Source of the DNA: a virus
Lineage: Duplodnaviria; Caudoviricetes
Strand: one strand, 5' to 3'
Virus record (IMG/VR): IMGVR_UViG_3300012940_000060
Location: 1 to 35,139 of that record
DNA length: 35,139 nt
The position numbers were made by a program, and so were the translations under genes. Below the pieces are notes generated by a model, which was not told the origin of the DNA, did no database searches, and was given only the letters and a program-made list of their open reading frames with translations. Positions 33,902-35,139 of the stretch are shown here, one piece after another (position 1 is the first letter of the stretch; each line of letters starts with the position of its first letter).

Positions 33902-34722
33902 CACCGCACCTCCCGCAGATCCGGACCAGTCACCGGCAGCACCACCGCGCGCTCGAGCAAGCGCGACATGATCCGCGTCCCCACCGCCGCCTCGAGACCA
34001 TCCACGCTCAGATTGCTCGTCACGATCGTCGGCAGCTCCGCCTCGTAGCGCGCGTTGACGATCGCGTACAGCTGCTCGGCTGCCCACTCCGACATCTTCT
34101 CGACGCCGAGATCGTCCATGAGCAGCACATTCGTGCGCTGGAGCGATCGCAGCGAGAAGTCCGGCCCCTCGCCGGCATCGTTCGGGCGGAGGCCCGCCAG
34201 CAGGTCCGGCACCGTGCCCCACTTCACCGTCACGTCCATCCGGTGGAGCGCCCGCAACGCGCCGAACGCGAGGCCCGTCTTACCCCGCCCCGTCGTGCCG
34301 ATCAGCACCAGGTTCGGACCGCGATCGACCCGAGGCGGGAATCCCATTCCCCCCACCGTCGAGATGATCTCGACCGCACCCAGCCACTCGTCGCGCACCT
34401 TCCGGGCGAGCCCTCGCTGCGGATGCGACTCAAGCGAAAACTCGCGGAATCGCTTGGGCACGATGCGCGTCCACGCCGCGTCGTTATCGAGCTCGCGCTG
34501 CCTGGCGCGGCCGACGCTGCAGGCGATGCACGGCTTGCCGTTCCCGTCCGGCGGATATCCCGTGTCGCCACACTCGGCGCAGGTCACGGTCGGCAGCCAG
34601 CCGTACGCCCTGCATCGCGCGTCGCGTCGTGCCATGCGGATCGCACGCAGCTCCTCGAGCCGCCCGTCGAAGTCGTAGATCTCGCCGATGCGTCGCATGC
34701 GACCGGTGTCCTGTGCGCTCAT
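33901..34722 (-). CDS. DnaC/IstB-like AAA+ helicase loader
   Basis: N-terminal CxxC..CxxC, Walker A GTTGRGKT, Walker B LLMDDLG, TIVTSN, RIMSRL. Confidence 0.92.
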   Translation of the reverse strand: MSAQDTGRMRRIGEIYDFDGRLEELRAIRMARRDARCRAYGWLPTVTCAECGDTGYPPDGNGKPCIACSVGRARQRELDNDAAWTRIVPKRFREFSLESHPQRGLARKVRDEWLGAVEIISTVGGMGFPPRVDRGPNLVLIGTTGRGKTGLAFGALRALHRMDVTVKWGTVPDLLAGLRPNDAGEGPDFSLRSLQRTNVLLMDDLGVEKMSEWAAEQLYAIVNARYEAELPTIVTSNLSVDGLEAAVGTRIMSRLLERAVVLPVTGPDLREVR

Positions 34723-35138
34723 GTCCCGCTCCCTGTCGCTCGGCGACCTCGCTCGCCAAGCCAGTCAACGTCTGTTCCGTCTCCGGTGTGGATCTGCATG
34801 TTCCGAGGCTGTCGCGGCGGCGGCATCGATCGCGGCTTCGGCTCGGACTTCTCCGGGCGCCCTTCCGCGACCCAGCGCGTGAACGCCTTGATCACGTCCG
34901 AGATCGCCGGTGGCGTCTCGCGCCACCCCTGCGAGCGGACGTACCTGGTGCACGCCTCGAAGTCCGCCGGCGTCGGCACGTCGTGCGGAATCACCCCGCC
35001 GTCTTTCAGCTGCCGGAACCCGACCGTCCGGCCGATCTCGGCCTCGGCGCTGTCGGGATCGAGCCCGATCCCGCGACACCACGCCGCGTACAGCTCGAGT
35101 CGTCGGGCGTGTTCGGCGTCGGATCTGAGTTGCCGAGG
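34719..35138 (-). CDS. C-terminal part of a probable replication initiator (truncated by window edge)
   Basis: Frame is open from the window edge (PRQLRSDAEHARRLELYAAWC...) to 34719; ATGA-coupled to the loader gene. Confidence 0.6.
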   Translation of the reverse strand, partial: PRQLRSDAEHARRLELYAAWCRGIGLDPDSAEAEIGRTVGFRQLKDGGVIPHDVPTPADFEACTRYVRSQGWRETPPAISDVIKAFTRWVAEGRPEKSEPKPRSMPPPRQPRNMQIHTGDGTDVDWLGERGRRATGSGT

Positions 35139-35139
35139 A

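Noticed and set aside
33901-34722. IS21 element (IstB)
   Set aside because: No IstA transposase or terminal repeats; context is a phage initiator-loader pair
1-35139. Frequent GATC/CGATCG words as a HIP1-like signal
   Set aside because: Plausibly explained by ATC/GAT codon use in GC-rich genes; cannot be claimed without a codon-controlled count

Overview
GC-rich tailed-phage (siphovirus-type, no sheath gene) genome segment with essentially all genes on the minus strand. In transcription order (right to left): end of a replication initiator, DnaC/IstB-like ATPase, small early/middle genes (Zn finger, VRR-NUC, J-domain protein, HExxH protein, Com-like Zn ribbon), terminase small/large, portal, MuF head protein with a C-terminal PBECR-like nuclease extension, scaffold, decoration, capsid, head-tail joining genes, major tail protein, tail chaperones with a probable +1 frameshift, an inserted MmeI-like restriction-methyltransferase, a ~2460-aa tape measure, tail tip genes, a YadA-repeat tail fibre and small membrane genes probably opening the lysis module. 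No integrase or att site is in view, so prophage versus free phage is undecided and the host cannot be assigned securely. Main observation: directly behind the MuF-toxin stop codon, where an immunity gene is expected, the opposite strand carries two ~100-nt structured, partly tRNA-shaped elements (about 25756-25858 and 25995-26112). They share one fold, each follows its own -10 box, and they are separated by what looks like a decayed toxin tip. This suggests a polymorphic toxin cassette with RNA rather than protein immunity. All calls come from reading motifs by eye; no searches or folding programs were run.
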